Source of the DNA: Sphaerodactylus townsendi
Taxonomy: Eukaryota
DNA: 64,000 bases
Assembly (NCBI RefSeq): GCF_021028975.2
Contig: NC_059430.1
Coordinates: 70,246,001-70,310,000 of the forward strand
Direction: 5' to 3'
The notes beneath the pieces were generated by a model. The model was not told the origin of the DNA. It saw only the letters and a list, made by a program, of their open reading frames with translations, and searched no databases. Below, piece by piece: positions 39,970-53,388 of the stretch; the stretch's first letter is position 1, and each line of letters begins with the position of its first letter. The position numbers and the translations under genes are program-made.

Positions 39970-40511
39970 CAGGGGTCGGGAACCCGCGGCTTGCGAGCCG
40001 CATGCGGCTCTTCCGCCGCTGTTCTGCGGCTCCATGAGCCGAGCCGCCGGGATCCTCTTCACCCGCCCTGCAAGGAGCAGGGCGGGCGCTTCATTCACCC
40101 GGCGGCCGGCCAGGCCGAGCCGCCGGGACCCTCTTCACCCGCCCTGCAAGGAGCAGGGCGGGCGCTTCACTCGCCCAGTGGTCGGCCAGGCCAAGCCGCC
40201 GGGATCCTCTTCACCCGCCCTGCAAGGAGCAGGGCGGGCGCTTCACGTGGCCGGCCAGGCCGAGCCGCCGGGACCCTCTTCACCCGCCCTGCAAGGAGCA
40301 GGGCGGGCGCTTCACTTGCCCGGCGGCCGGCCAGGCCAAGCCGCCGGGCCCATCTACGCCTGCCCTGCAGGCGGGGGGGGGGTGAGCGGGTGGTGGGGGC
40401 GCGTGCGAGCAAGTGGGGGGTGGAGCGGAGGGGGGGCGGGGGAGCGAGTGGGGGGGAGCGGGGGAGGGGGAGCCAAATGGCTCTTTGAAGGGAAAAGGTT
40501 CCCGACCCCTG
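39970..40511. mobile_element. hAT (Charlie-like) MITE with internal GC-rich minisatellite
   Basis: TIRs caggggtcgggaacc / ggttcccgacccctg; exact TSD gcatagac (39962-39969, 40512-40519); four or more copies of gccgccggga.cctcttcacccgccctgcaaggagcagggcgggcgcttca. Confidence 0.93.
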
Positions 40512-43500
40512 GCATAGACTATGCCATCCCTCAATAGCCTTTACATCAACACTAGCCACGTGGCAGGAAAGACTACAGAAGACAGACATTGAATGATACA
40601 AAGGCAATGGGATAATATAACGAAGGCCATGGTTCAATTTTCACTGAGGCAATCCAGCTAACGGTCTGAATAGAGATGGTGGGCAATTTTTCCCCTTTGT
40701 CTGGGCCTCCATGGGAACAGTGTAAGCTGTGTTGGAATTTTCAGTGGCTTAATGTTCCACCAGTGACAATGATGTATCTTGTTGACGTGTCTGGGACTGA
40801 GAGCAGATTAGGAAGCCAACTGACTTCTGCATTGCCCATTGAACATTTTTTGCCCTTTCCAGTTCTGTTCTAGTGTACCAGAATGTGGTACTGGTACCTT
40901 GTGGAATGGGGTTCTTAATAGTATAGAATAGAGAGACTCAATAATTGCAGCCATTGATGTAGTATATTTTTTAAAAACAAAATTAATGTGAACTGTAATT
41001 GGTTGACTTGAATTGAAGCCATCCATGCTGCAATTTCCCATCCTTTACTTTCTGCCTCATAACCAAAAACCCTGGGGCAGAGAAGCCACTTCCAGTAGCA
41101 TGTTCAGTTAAGAACTGGAATTCTTGAACACCTGTCAGATTGGCTCACATCCTGTTTGCTGGTCAAAAACAGGTTTTTCAGTGATTGATTTGACTTGTCA
41201 ACTTGTTTTTGGTTGTTTGGCAGTTTGCTTCACTGTATTCTTTCCTAACCGTGTAGCGGGGAGAGGCAATGGCTCAGTGGTTTAATCTGAGTAGTCTCTA
41301 GTGGTCATAAAGTTTAATTATCAGTTTGAATCAACAGCATCTTTGGGCAATCACAGTTTTGCAAAAACCTAATGCAAACCAATTTAGAAAGCATTCACAT
41401 TGCTGGTGTCTTGCATGGAATCAATTGCATGAAAGGCATTCACAACAATTTGGTATAAGCCAAACAAACTAGGTGATTGGCTGACATCTGATAGACTTCT
41501 CTGAACACAATAAAGTTGACTGTTGATACATTTGTGGTAAAATTTGCAGCATTGCTAGTTAAGATACTAAGGAGTATACAGTGGTTCCCCCCCCCCCCAT
41601 CCCCGGTAGATCTGCTTTGAAATCCCTGAACAAACTGGAACCATGTGCACATTTGGCTCTAGTATGCTGAGTGGGCAAGCTGTGAGTTCCTGATTACAGT
41701 ACCCAATAAAAGGGAACATATATATTAGTGCACTTATTAATGGGATTTTACTTTATCTCAGTGGAGTAGTTCTGCAAGTTGGTGTAGTGCTGTGGATTTT
41801 ATCACATTGTCTGATGGAAATGTAGAATTCCTTAAGAATTGGGACTAGCTAATAATGCATAACTTGACTTCAGACATATATTCAAGGCATGATTAAAATA
41901 AAATCTAATTAAAAATTCGGATCATGAATTAGGGAAAACAAAACATTCTTTAGTATTTAGAAAGTTACTTATCTAATTATCAAATAGTTAACCAGTGTTC
42001 TATCAGCCATCAAAATTAATCAGATTATTTATTTCTGTTACATGGGGTGACATTAATGGTCTATAAAAATGAGATTTTTTTCTGTTGGGTTTGAAAATCT
42101 TGGCAATATGATCCCTTGCATGAGAGGGAGTCTCTGAACAATGGCGTATCAAAGGTAGGCCAGGTATGACAAGTACCCTGTGTGCCACTGGAAGGAGGTG
42201 CCATTCCTGCCTGCCTACCTGCCCTATGCAGCAGCAGTCCATGCACTTGCCACGAACCCAGGCTCTGACAAGGCCCAACGCACACAGGTATACCACTTGC
42301 CTAACCTCCCATTTGCAGCCTATTCCCTTATTCACCCAGGCCAAAAGAGGTGGTTGCAGTGGGGGTTGCTTGATGACCCCACGATTCCATAGTGCTGCCT
42401 GAGCCTCCATGGAGGTGCCTGTTGCTCTATGTGACGGATGCATGGCTGGTGGGTAGGCGAGGAAGGGAGCCTGGCCCCACCAAACCTCATGTTATTGCTG
42501 CCTCCTCCTCCTTGGTTACTGCGAGTGAGCCCTGGTCCTGCTACCAAACCTGCACCAACTTCAGTGCATAGAGGGAGGGGTGCTTTGGTGCTGCCCCAAC
42601 CCAGAGGATGGAAGGTGAGTGGACAGGTACCCCTTTGTCCTGCTTGCCTGGTCCCTGTACAGTGCAGGTGAATGGGAGGCACCATTCGCAATTTACCTCT
42701 CTCTCGCTCCCTCCCTTTGACATGTTCAGATGGAGAGTTTAAAAAGTGGAGGGCCCAAATTTTCCCTGCCAACCGCCCCCAAAAGTAGCCTTCAGCAATG
42801 GCATGCATCTTTCCAGATGGGTGAGGTATGTCTCTTGCCAGTACCCAGCCCAGCTGGTATGGGAGGAGCTGATAGCAGCGGCAGAACTCTGTAGTCTTGC
42901 TGATCCCTGGCATGGGCGATAGCACTGCCATGTGAGGCGACCAGACTCCTGCACTCTCCCTGGACCAAATGAGCTGTTCTTGGACAGATATACTCCATCT
43001 CTGAAGATTCATCAAATTGTGTGGAAAACCACATTTTTACAACCAGAAACATTTCCTACTTCAAACCAGATCATTTAATTGGCTTCTTGTTAGTTTTCAT
43101 TTTTAAAAAAGTTATTTTAAAGGTCCGTGATTGGAGTTTTTGAAAATAATGCATATCTATATCTGGTATGATAAACACATCAGTGGTACCATACCTTACT
43201 GATTTACTTCCTTTTCTCTCTTACTGCTTTTTGTGTAAATATAGGTACAACCTTAAATATCATTGTAAAGCTCTGAACAGGGTTTCAAAGGTTAGTTTCT
43301 CATAACCTGGTTGACTATAGCTTGATTTTAGAGACAAAGGTTTTTGTTCACGGATTCACGGACAAAGGTTTTGTTCACTAGTGTAAGTACTATATTGTTG
43401 AATGAAATGCAGTATTCTATTTAAAGTATTTGTCACAGCTGCAGTTTAATGAACAGAGTAGAAAAATACACCTTCATGGATTATCATGACGTATGGAAGA

Positions 43501-44069
43501 AAGTTCATTATAGCCATGTATTGTGAAACAACAATTCTTGGGTATATTTGGCTTTTTAGAGTATCTCTAGCGATACACATCCAGACATTGGGCTGTTTGG
43601 GCTCCTGTGATCTGCTATCTACTGGATTCATGTAGAATGTGCTCTGTATGAGATGTAAAAGCTGCTTTCACAGAAAGTGGGATTCCCCCCCACAAATACA
43701 CACACAGCATTTTCAAAAGGAACACAACCGAACAACCGCCAAGTTCTCTTACTTTTAACCAGCTGCAATATGCAACTGTATTTAAATTGTGGAGCTGTGA
43801 CTTTCTCTGTAGTATAGTTCTCATTTTGCAGTTCATGTACCGGGTTATCCTGCATCATATATGCCTGTATCAGTATGCATAGAAATTGTTATTTTTTCAA
43901 AACACTACTAGGGCCCTTTGGAATAATATTTTATTTATTGATTGATTTGATTTGTTACTCACCTAAAGGGCCTTGTGGCAATTTAAGAGACGTTAAAAAC
44001 CAGCAAAACGAGATAATATGTATAAATATTAAGATATTAAGATTATGGATAAATTATTTATTGTACATA

Positions 44070-44270
44070 ATTTATGACCCACCTTTCACCCAGGTAAAGA
44101 CTTAATTTGACTAATCTCTCTCTCCTCCATTTTGTTCTCACAACCACCACATGGGGTAGATTAGACTTCAAGTTTGTTACCTATTCAGGGTCACTCAGCA
44201 AGCTGCCATGGCAGAGTGGGGATCTGAAGGTGGACGTTCCAGATCCTAATCCAATGTTCTACACCACATT
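44070..44270 (-). mobile_element. Old tRNA SINE (MIR/Squam-like) fragment
   Basis: ctccattttgttctcacaaccacc...agggtcactcagcaagctgccatggcagagtggggatctgaa pattern. Confidence 0.55.
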
Positions 44271-46749
44271 TACATAATAGCTTTATTTTTTACTTATTGA
44301 AATAGTTATACAGCCTTTCATTTATAGTTCTAGAAGTAGCTCACACAAAATAATAATAATAAAATAAAATAATCAGATAAACTCTACTAAAGCCAGTAAG
44401 GCATTAAATGAGATTTATGCCTTATTTGTTTTGAATTTATTGGGGGGGAAATGGGAAAAGCCAATGGCCATTCCCCAATGTTAGGGAGACATCCTACTGC
44501 CTTATATGCAGATAACACCGTGATACTGTCTAGTACCCCAACTGGTCTTGCCTGGTATCTTTGAGCATTTTACCAATACTGCCAATCTAATTCTCTACCA
44601 ATCAACTCTGATAAATCAAAATATATGATATTCTCTTTCCCATGTGAAAAGTGGGATTTTTGTGTGTGGAGTCCTTTAAATATCTAGGGTTAAACAAGTT
44701 GAGTCCTTTAAATATCTAGGGTTAAACTTCCAAACTAACCTCAAATGAACCATTCACCAATGACATGCAGTCATGCAAGCCAAATACATAGCCTCAGCGA
44801 TTGCACTTTTTTTTTTTACAGTAAAGGCAATCAACTAATTCCATCTGTGCTCTGAGTATTTAACACCTACCGTATGGCATCCCAGTCTGGTTATAAAGAC
44901 ACCACAGAGACTTAGTACAAGTTCAAGCCAGCTTTTTAAGATTAATTGTGGGTGTGTCTAAATATGTTAGTTGCATTGCCTTTTAATTAACCAAAGGAAA
45001 GAAAAGTTCAGATAGATCACTTCACCAAACTCCTTTAGCTGATAGGAATGGGACAATAACAGCTTTGGTGGTTCTTGTTTTGGCCACAGTACTGATTTAA
45101 AGATCTAAAATAGAATATCCTGAACTAAAAAGAGGAACAAGTCTCTTGAAGCAGCAGAGAAGAATAGCAGTGGAGAAGAGGACTGGGACAGAAAGGGCTG
45201 AGTGAGCTCTGGTTTTCATTTTGTGGGCTTTTCTCAAAGCCACATCTTTTTAAACAGTGTGTTTTTAACAGGGGTAACAGGGGCTGTTTCTTTTCACATC
45301 ATGGTCAGGATTCTTGAATCTTGGAAAATGTTTTTTGAATGTTCATAATTGGATCAAAAATGCTTTGTGTGTGGTCATTCTTGTATTATTTCTCCCTTTC
45401 TTTACCAATACTGTTCTGTTATAAGCTTTAAAAATAAATTTAAAAATAGGTTTGCATGTGTGTTGGCTAAAACAGTGTATACATCATTCAGCTTGTATCA
45501 AAATGCCAAATACGTATTTGTGGACCCAATATTTTGAGATAGTTATTTAAACCCATGTTAATTATTATTCCAAAACCTTACCCTTCTATTTCATTTGAGT
45601 ATGGTTTATAATCTTAGCTCTATTGTTAATCTGCTGGTTAGTGAAAATTTTGGTGACTACAGGGATGTTTAGCTTGCGAGGGTGTTGATTATCTTAATCT
45701 ATGTATTTTCTGTAATGTGTTTTATTCAACTTATTGTGTAAAATTCTATGAGCTGCCTAGCCATAAATGTTAATAATGTGCCATGGCTGTGTCTTTCTCC
45801 TGTTTCTAATCCATTTTTCCATTGTGCTCAACAGAGAAAAAAAATCTCAGTTTACAAAAGAGATGTGATCCTGGAAGGATAAGGAATGTGGAAGCTGGAT
45901 GAGTTTTCTTCATAATTGTCTTAATTTTCGTAATTTAACAGTCTTCCTAATTTTGTCTTCCTGTTTAATCCCCAAAACTGAATGTGTGGGTTCATCTGTG
46001 TTTTGATGGATTTACAAGTTCCAGCATTGTTGACTTCAATAGTTTTGACACTTCAGAAAACATTAAATGCTGCTAACCATACTAGTTCAAAAGCTTCCAA
46101 TGCAAATATTTAGTGTATTTCATCCTCCCCTTCCTCCACAGAGTCCTGTAACATACCCAACACTCAATTTTATCCTTACAATAATCATATAAGGTAGATA
46201 AACCTCAAAGGGTGCTTCTCTCGAGATCAACCAGTAAGCTTCATGATAGACTAGTGCAACAATGTGTTCCGTATACCACATTTGCTCACAGAGAATAGTT
46301 AGATGTAAATAAATGGGAATCTGCAAGGAAATGTTGGGAGTGATTGGCATCAGTGATTAGGAGGGTACAATGTTGGCATCGTTGATTAGGAGGGTACTGT
46401 GGTTCAAACCTTGGCTAGCGGACACCCTGTCTAAGAACGTGGTGTCCGGCTTCAACTTTCAAGCTGGGATACTTTTTGGCGCAAAGTTAGAATGCATCCT
46501 AGTGCAGACCATAGATAACAGAAAGGCTATGCCCTGTTTTGTGAGGTCTGACAAGCTGCCCTTCACCCCCAAACCTGCCTTCTGGAATTTCCGATCATCC
46601 TTTCGCTCCAACCGAGAGGACAACAGATCCAGCTGGACCTAGCGCAACTCCTTTAGGAAGAGGTCCGACTTTCAGAACCAGGGAAGACAGGCTAAGTCCT
46701 TCAAATCAGGCTCCAGCAACAATAACGTGACTCCAGCAACAAGGCGTGA

Positions 46750-48609
46750 CTGTCTTCTGTTCGGCGGGCAACTCCCGTTCTTTCACCATCGCTGGACAGG
46801 ACCACATGTGGATTCATGGATCCTAGAGATTGTTTCCTGTGGCTACTCTCTAGAGTTTTGTCGCTCGCCAAAGGACAGATTTCTCCCTTCCCCGGTCAGT
46901 TCCAGACCAGAAAAAAGGGACAGGCTGCTGTCAGCGGTGAATCATCTGTAATCCATCCAGTACAGAAGGACCAGAGGGGCAGGGGGATCTACTCCCATTT
47001 CTTCATGGTCCCAAAGAAGAACTGGGACGTCAGGGCCATACTCAATCTTTGGCATGTCAACTTCTTTCTTCGACAGTTCTGGTTCCACATGGAGATGCTT
47101 TGGTCCACTGTGGCAGCAATCCAGCAGGGGGATTTCCTCACATCCCTACACCTGGCCAAGGCTTATTTACATATTCCCATTCATCCGGCTCATTACCGGT
47201 ATCTCCGGTTTGCGATATGGACCCAGCACTATCAATATGTGGCTCTTCCCTTCAGGCTGGCCACGGCTCCACAGGTGTTTAACAAAGTTCTTGTGGCACC
47301 GATTGCCCTCCTGAGACAGCAGGGGGTTCATCTTCACCCCTACCTGGATGACATCCTGATCCGGTCCAGGTCCCGCAGTCAGGCAATTCAGGATGTCGCC
47401 CGGGTTCAGAGCCTCCTGTCTTCCTATGGGTTTGTCATCAATCAGGAGAAGAGCACAATCCTCCCCTCACAGAGAATGGAACATCTGGGGGACCTGATAG
47501 ATACATCGGTCTGCTCGCTCTTTGTTCCCAGCCACAAGGGGCAGAAGATTCAGACATCTGCTCTACAAGTACTGTCAGCCAGGTCATCCACGATGCTCCA
47601 GTTACCCAGCCTTCTCGGGCTTCTCTCCACCATGGACTTAATTCAGTGGGGGAGGAGGCATGTGAGGCCACTGCAGGCCTTTCTACGCCCCTTTGCCAAA
47701 CAGATTTCGCTCAAAAAGGATCGACAGCTGTCCTTTTCTGCATCAGCGTGTATGAGCCTCAAGTGGTGGACCCACCGGAACAACCTTTCCAACGGGAAGG
47801 TCTTTGCACCCCAGCAGCAGATGTACATCTATACGGATGCCAGCCTCAGGGGTTGGGGGGCCAAACTCAACTCTTAGGTGGCCCAGGGGTCATGGTCCAG
47901 TTCCAAGGCACAGGCCCCCATCAATGTCCTGGAGGTCAAGGCAATCTTTCTGGCGCTTCGGGCCTTCAAACAGTGGATTCAGAACTCTCACGTGGTCATT
48001 CACATGGACAACACTTCGACCAAGTGTTATCTCAACCATCAAGGGGGTCCAGGTCTTCCAGTCTACACAAGGAAGCCTTCAAGATCCTCTTGTGGGTGGA
48101 AGGCAACCTGGCATCCCTCAGGGCTGAACATGTCAGGGGCTGTCTCAACACAGAGGCTGACTGGTTATGCTGCACCAGGCTATCCGACTCAGAAGGTAGG
48201 CTGAATCCGGTAGTTTTCAAATTCCTGATCTCCAGATTGGGTCGTCCGGTCATATATCTGCCACTTCCGAGAATGCACAGCTTCCGACTTTCATCTCAAG
48301 GTTCCATCATCCTCGGGCATGGGCCATGGATGCTCTCTCGGTCCCGTGGCCACCAGGGCTACTTTATGCATTTCCACCTCTATCTGTCCTTCCAAGGCTT
48401 CTCAGACGAGTCCAATAACAGCACAGAAAGCTGATTCTGGTGGCTCCCCATTGGCCGAGGAGACCTTGGTTCTCGGTGGTCCAAGAGATGTCCATAGATC
48501 CACCTCTTCACTCCCCGTCTTGCCACATCTTCTGTCGCAAGGTCCAATTCTTCATCCATATCCCAGGTGGCTCAATCTGACCACTTGGCGCTTGAAAGGC
48601 GAAGGCTGA
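46750..48609 (+). pseudogene. DIRS RT-RNase H-methyltransferase-like ORF (disrupted)
   Basis: GIYSHFFMVPKKN..RAILNL, LAKAYLHIPI, LPFRLATAPQVF, HPYLDDILI (RT); YTDASLRGWGA, INVLEVKAI, HMDNTST (RNase H); DALSVPWPPGLLYAFPP..VAPHWPRRPWF (MT-like). Stop at 47875-47877 and frameshifts. Confidence 0.9.
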
Positions 48610-48636
48610 GACAGAGGGGGCTACTCCATCAAGGTC

Positions 48637-49615
48637 GTGGACCCCATGCTGGCAGCGTGGAGAAGGTTTACCATTAACATCTATAACTCTTCTTGGAAAG
48701 CCTTCGTTAGATGGAGCAGGCGCAAATATTTAGACCCTGAGCATCCCTCTCCAGCCAACATCCTGGATTTCCTTCAGGAGGGATTCAGCCTGGGCCTAAG
48801 GGCTGCCACGCTTCGTAGGCAATTAGCCGCATTAGCTACCGTCCTACCTGAGTTTCAGGGACTGCCTATCACCAGACACCCGGAAGTTCTTGGGCGTTCA
48901 ACAACTTCAACTCACTGTGGTCCACAGGTTCCTGTCCTGGAGGCTGCATGTCGTTTTGGACGCCTTAACTAAGACCCCTTTTGAGCCCGTCCAGAGTATT
49001 CACCTCAGATGGTTAAGGATGAAGTTACTGTTTTTAGTGGTCATTACATTGGCCAAATGGGTGTCAGATATTAGGGCCGTGCCCAGTAATCCTAATTTCT
49101 GTCCTTTCCTGATAGGGTTGTAATGAAGCTGGACCCCTCCTTTAGTAGCGGCTGATTTCCACATGAAGCAGGACATTGTGTTGCCAAATTTCTGCCCTAA
49201 GCCCAGGCATCCAAGGGAGCGCCTATGGCACCATCTAGACGTGAGACGTTCCCTTAAGGCCTTCCTTATCTGCACCAAGCAGATTAGAAAATCTGAGGCT
49301 CCGTTCATTAATGTGGCACCGCCCCGCTTGGGGGAGGCCATGTCAGCAGCAGCCATCAGTTCCAACCTCAAAGCCTGCATTGCTGAGGCCCATAAGGCAA
49401 ATCACCTACCAGTCCCTGCTGGGCTCATGGCTCACTCCACTAGGAGTGCGGTGGCTAACGCTGCACTAGTTAAACATGTGTCCTTGGAGGAGATCTGTAG
49501 GGCTGCCATCTGGGCTTCCCCTTCATCCTTTGTCCGGCACTACAGATTAAACTCGGTAGCTGCCATCCAGGCCTCCTTCGGGAGGAAGATTCTGGAGCAC
49601 GTCATTGGAGATTAA
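48637..49615 (+). pseudogene. DIRS tyrosine recombinase ORF (disrupted)
   Basis: YNSSWKAFVRW..ILDFLQEG, LFLVVITLAKWVSDIRA, HLDVRRSL, AHSTRSA, ICRAAIWASPSSFVRHY; frameshifted. Confidence 0.9.
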
Positions 49616-49703
49616 CAGAACGCACACTTTTTGGGGTACTGCTTGGGGAGTCCCAACAAGATGGCCTACACCATCCAGGAGAATGACCCATTGGATACTT
49701 ACC

Positions 49704-52700
49704 AGACAGAGAGGGAGGTTTTTCTAAATCAACCACATACAAGCGAGGAACATAGCAATGTGCACGTGACAAGGGATAGTGTCTACAAAAGACTTGAGGG
49801 TAAAGCACATAAATCTCAGGTTAAGGACAGAGACAGGGTATACAGGTGTCTCTATGCTAATAGTAGAAGCATTCAACCTAAAATGGGGGAGCTAGAGTAC
49901 AGAGTTTTGGAAGGAGAACTTCTTGATATAGTGGGCATTACAGAGACATGGTGGAATGAGGAGAACCAGTGGGATGCTGTTATACCAGGCTACAGGCTCT
50001 ATAGGAAGGATAGGACAGGGCGCATTGGGGGTGGAGCTGCCCTTTACATCAAAGAGAGCATCGTCTCACATAAAATAGACAATGCAAGGGGAGTTGGTTC
50101 CCCTACAGAATCACTGTGGATATTTCAATACCAGGTGTGAAGGACAGTTTAATATTAGGGAATATATTATCGTCCCCCCCTGACCAAAGTGCACAAGAGG
50201 ATTCTGAGATGGAAAAGAAATTAGAGAGGCCAACAAAAGCAAAAAAATGTAGTGGTAATGGGTGATTTTAAACTATCCCCATATAAACTGGAAAAATGCA
50301 TGTTCAGGAAGTCATAGTAAGGAGAGAGCATTCCTGGATATGCTAAATGACTGTGGCTTAGAGCAGATGGTTGTGGACCAACCAGGGGAGAGGTGATCCT
50401 AGATCTAATTCTATGTGGGACTCCAGGACCTGGTGCAGGAAGTCAGTGCGTTGTTGAGCCGGGATAGGGAACAGCCAATTGACCACAATGCCAGCTGTCA
50501 GATTCAGGTATCTCAGCATGCTTATCAAGTGGCAAATCTACTAATGTAGTTACATTCGCCTTCTCGGAAAGTGGAAATTTCTCAAAGCATTGAGGGGTGA
50601 TAGTGCGCAGAGGAAGCTGAAAGGGCAAAATCAAGAGAGTCAAAACTGTCCGTGGATGCTTGGAGGTTATTTAAAAAACACAGTAATAAAAGCTCAGCTG
50701 GAATGTGTTCCACAGGTTAGAAAAAAGGCAGCACCCAGTCCAAAAAAAGAAAGCCACCATGGTTAACAAGAGAGGTTGAGGAAATTATCAGAAAAAAAGA
50801 AAAGTGCTTTTAGAAAATGGAAGGCCAGTTTGGCTGATGAAGAATATGAGAGGGGACACAAATGGTGGCAAAAGAGAAGCAAGTTAGCTGTAAGGGAGGC
50901 AAAAAAGGATTTCATGAGGAACGCCATGCGAAACATCAAGACCAGCAAACAAACAGTTCTTCAAGTACATCAACAAAAAGCAGGGAAGCCAGCAAGGGAA
51001 GGCTGCAGGGGTCCCGGTAGATGACAAAGGAAACAAGCAGGGTGTGCTAAAAGATGGCAGGGAGATTGCAGAGAAGCTGAATGAATTCTTTGCATCTGTC
51101 TTCACCCAAGAGGAGGTGAGGTGAAAATTCCTGCACCTGGAACCAAGCTTCTTAGGGAGGCGAATCCGAGGAACTAGGAGGAAGATAGTGGTGGACAAGG
51201 AAGAAGTTCTGGCAGCCATTGATAAATCTAAATGTTACCAAATCCCCTGGGCCCAGATTGCATTCACCCAAGAGTTCTTAAAGAGCTCAAGCATGAAATT
51301 GCTGATCTTCTTCACTTTTAATATGCAAAATTTTTATCCCTGAAATCAGGCTCCATCCCTGAAGACTGGAAGATGGCCAATGTCACAATTCAATCTTTTA
51401 AGAAAGGATCTAGGGGGGATCTGGGAAATTACAGGCCAGTCAGTTTGACATCTGTTCCTGGTAAAATTAGTAGAATCTATCATTAAAGATAAAACTATAA
51501 AACATGTAGAAAAGCAAGACCTGCTGAGGAAGAGTCAGCATGGCTTTTGCAGAGGCAAAATCTCTGTCTTACAAACTTACTTCAGAGCTTCTTTGAGGGG
51601 TGTAAAACAGGCATATGTGGGACAGGGGTGAACCGTGGACATTGTCTACTCTGGATTTCCAAAAGTGTTTTTTGGATTAAAAGTTCTCTCACTCAGAGAG
51701 ACTGTTGAGAAAAACTCAGCAATCAAGGGAATAAGAGGGGAAGTCCCTCCTATGGATTTCATTAAAACTGGCTTGAGAAACAGGAAACAAAGAGTGGGTG
51801 TAAAATGGGAAAGTTCTCTACAATGGAGAGATGTCGGAGTGGTGTCCCCTAAGGATCCGCCTTTGGGACCAGTGCTCTTTAAACCCTATTCATAAAATGA
51901 CCTGGAAGTAGGGTGGGTGGGTAGCGTGGTGGCCAAGTCTTGCAGATGATACCAATTATGTAGGGTGGTGAGAACCACAAAGGATCATGGCTTAAGAGCT
52001 CCAAGCCGGACCTTTGATAAATTAGGGTGGAGTGGGCCTAAGAAGCCATAGCAAATGCAGTCTCAATGTAGCAAAATGTAAAGCGATGCACATAGGGGCA
52101 AAAAATCCAAACTTCACATACACTCCTACTAGGGGAATAAGTGCTAATCAGTCACAGACCAGGAAAGGGATTTGGGCGCCTTAGCTTGATAGAAGCGTTC
52201 CATGGGAATGTCAACTCAATGCATGGCAGCTGTGAAAAAAGGCAAACCTCTATGCTGGGGATAATTAGGGAAGGAATTGATAATAAAACTGCAAGGATTG
52301 GCTCATGCCCCTTATATAAAAGCAGTGGTGCTACCGGGTGACTTGGAGTACTGGGTGGTCCAGTTCTGGTCGCCGCATCTCAAAAAAAAGGGATATTGAG
52401 GAGATAGAAAAAGTGCAGAGAAGGGCAACGAGGGATTGATTGAGGGACTGGAGCAACCTTCCCTATGAGGAGAGGTTAGCTGCATTTGGGGACTCTTTAG
52501 TTTGGAGAGGTGAGGCGCTGAGGGGGGGATATGCATTGGAAGTCTGCTACAAAAATTATGCATGGTGTAGAAAATGCCTGACAGAGAGAAAGTTTTTCTC
52601 TCTTCTCACAATAACTAGAACCAGGGGCATACATTGAAAAATGTGCTGGGGAAGAATTAGGACTAATAAAAGGAAACACTTCTTTAACGCAACGCAGGGA

Positions 52701-53014
52701 TTGGTGTTTGGAATATGCTGGCCACAGTGGAGGTGGTGATGGCACACTAACCTGGACATTGGGGCCTTTTAAAAGGGCTTCTGACGCCAGATTTTATGGA
52801 GGAGAAGTCGATTTATGGCTACCAATCTTGATCCTCTTTGATCTGAGATTGCAAATGCCTTAACAGACCAGGTGATCGGGAGCAACATCCGCAGAAGGCC
52901 ATTGCGTTCACATCCTACATGTGAGCTCCCTGTGGCACCTGGTGGGCCACTGTGAGTAGCAGAGAGCTGGACTAGATGGACTTTGGTCTGATCCAGCTGG
53001 CTTGTTCTTATGTT
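49704..53014 (+). mobile_element. CR1 LINE with near-complete ORF2 (APE endonuclease + RT), inserted in DIRS ICR
   Basis: CLYANSRS..DIVGITETWW endonuclease start, KSPGPDCIHPRVLKEL, GNYRPVSLTS, tail ttcttatgttctta; TSD cttacc (49698-49703, 53015-53020). Many 1-bp indels. Confidence 0.92.
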
Positions 53015-53388
53015 CTTACCGTGAAGGGGTCTTCTCCTGGGTGGTCGTAGGCCATCTTGGCCCTCCCTGTTCTTTTCCTTTCCTAATATTGTGCTCCTTT
53101 TCGCTAGTGTTCGCAGAGCTCCTTGCATTATATATTACCGATTAATAGTTCTCGGGCCCTTCCTGTGTTGCTGTTTTCGTTATTGTTCTTGTATTGTTAT
53201 TGTTTTACTTGTTCTCTGTTGCAATGTTATTGTTTTTGTGAGAGTACTTGGCATGTCAGATACTGGGCTAAAATGGCCGCAAACTGGTGGCAGGAAGTGC
53301 CCGAGAGAGATTTCCTGCCTCTTTGACAGTGGGTGGAAAGAACACAACAAGATGGCCTACAAACATTCAGGAGAAGACTCCTTCGCGT

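Noticed and set aside
42332-43015. 227-aa minus-strand ORF as a host gene
   Set aside because: No recognisable domain and no convincing splice context; lies in a GC-richer block where long ORFs arise by chance.
44670-44727. Tandem duplication gagtcctttaaatatctagggttaaac x2
   Set aside because: Ordinary local slippage duplication.
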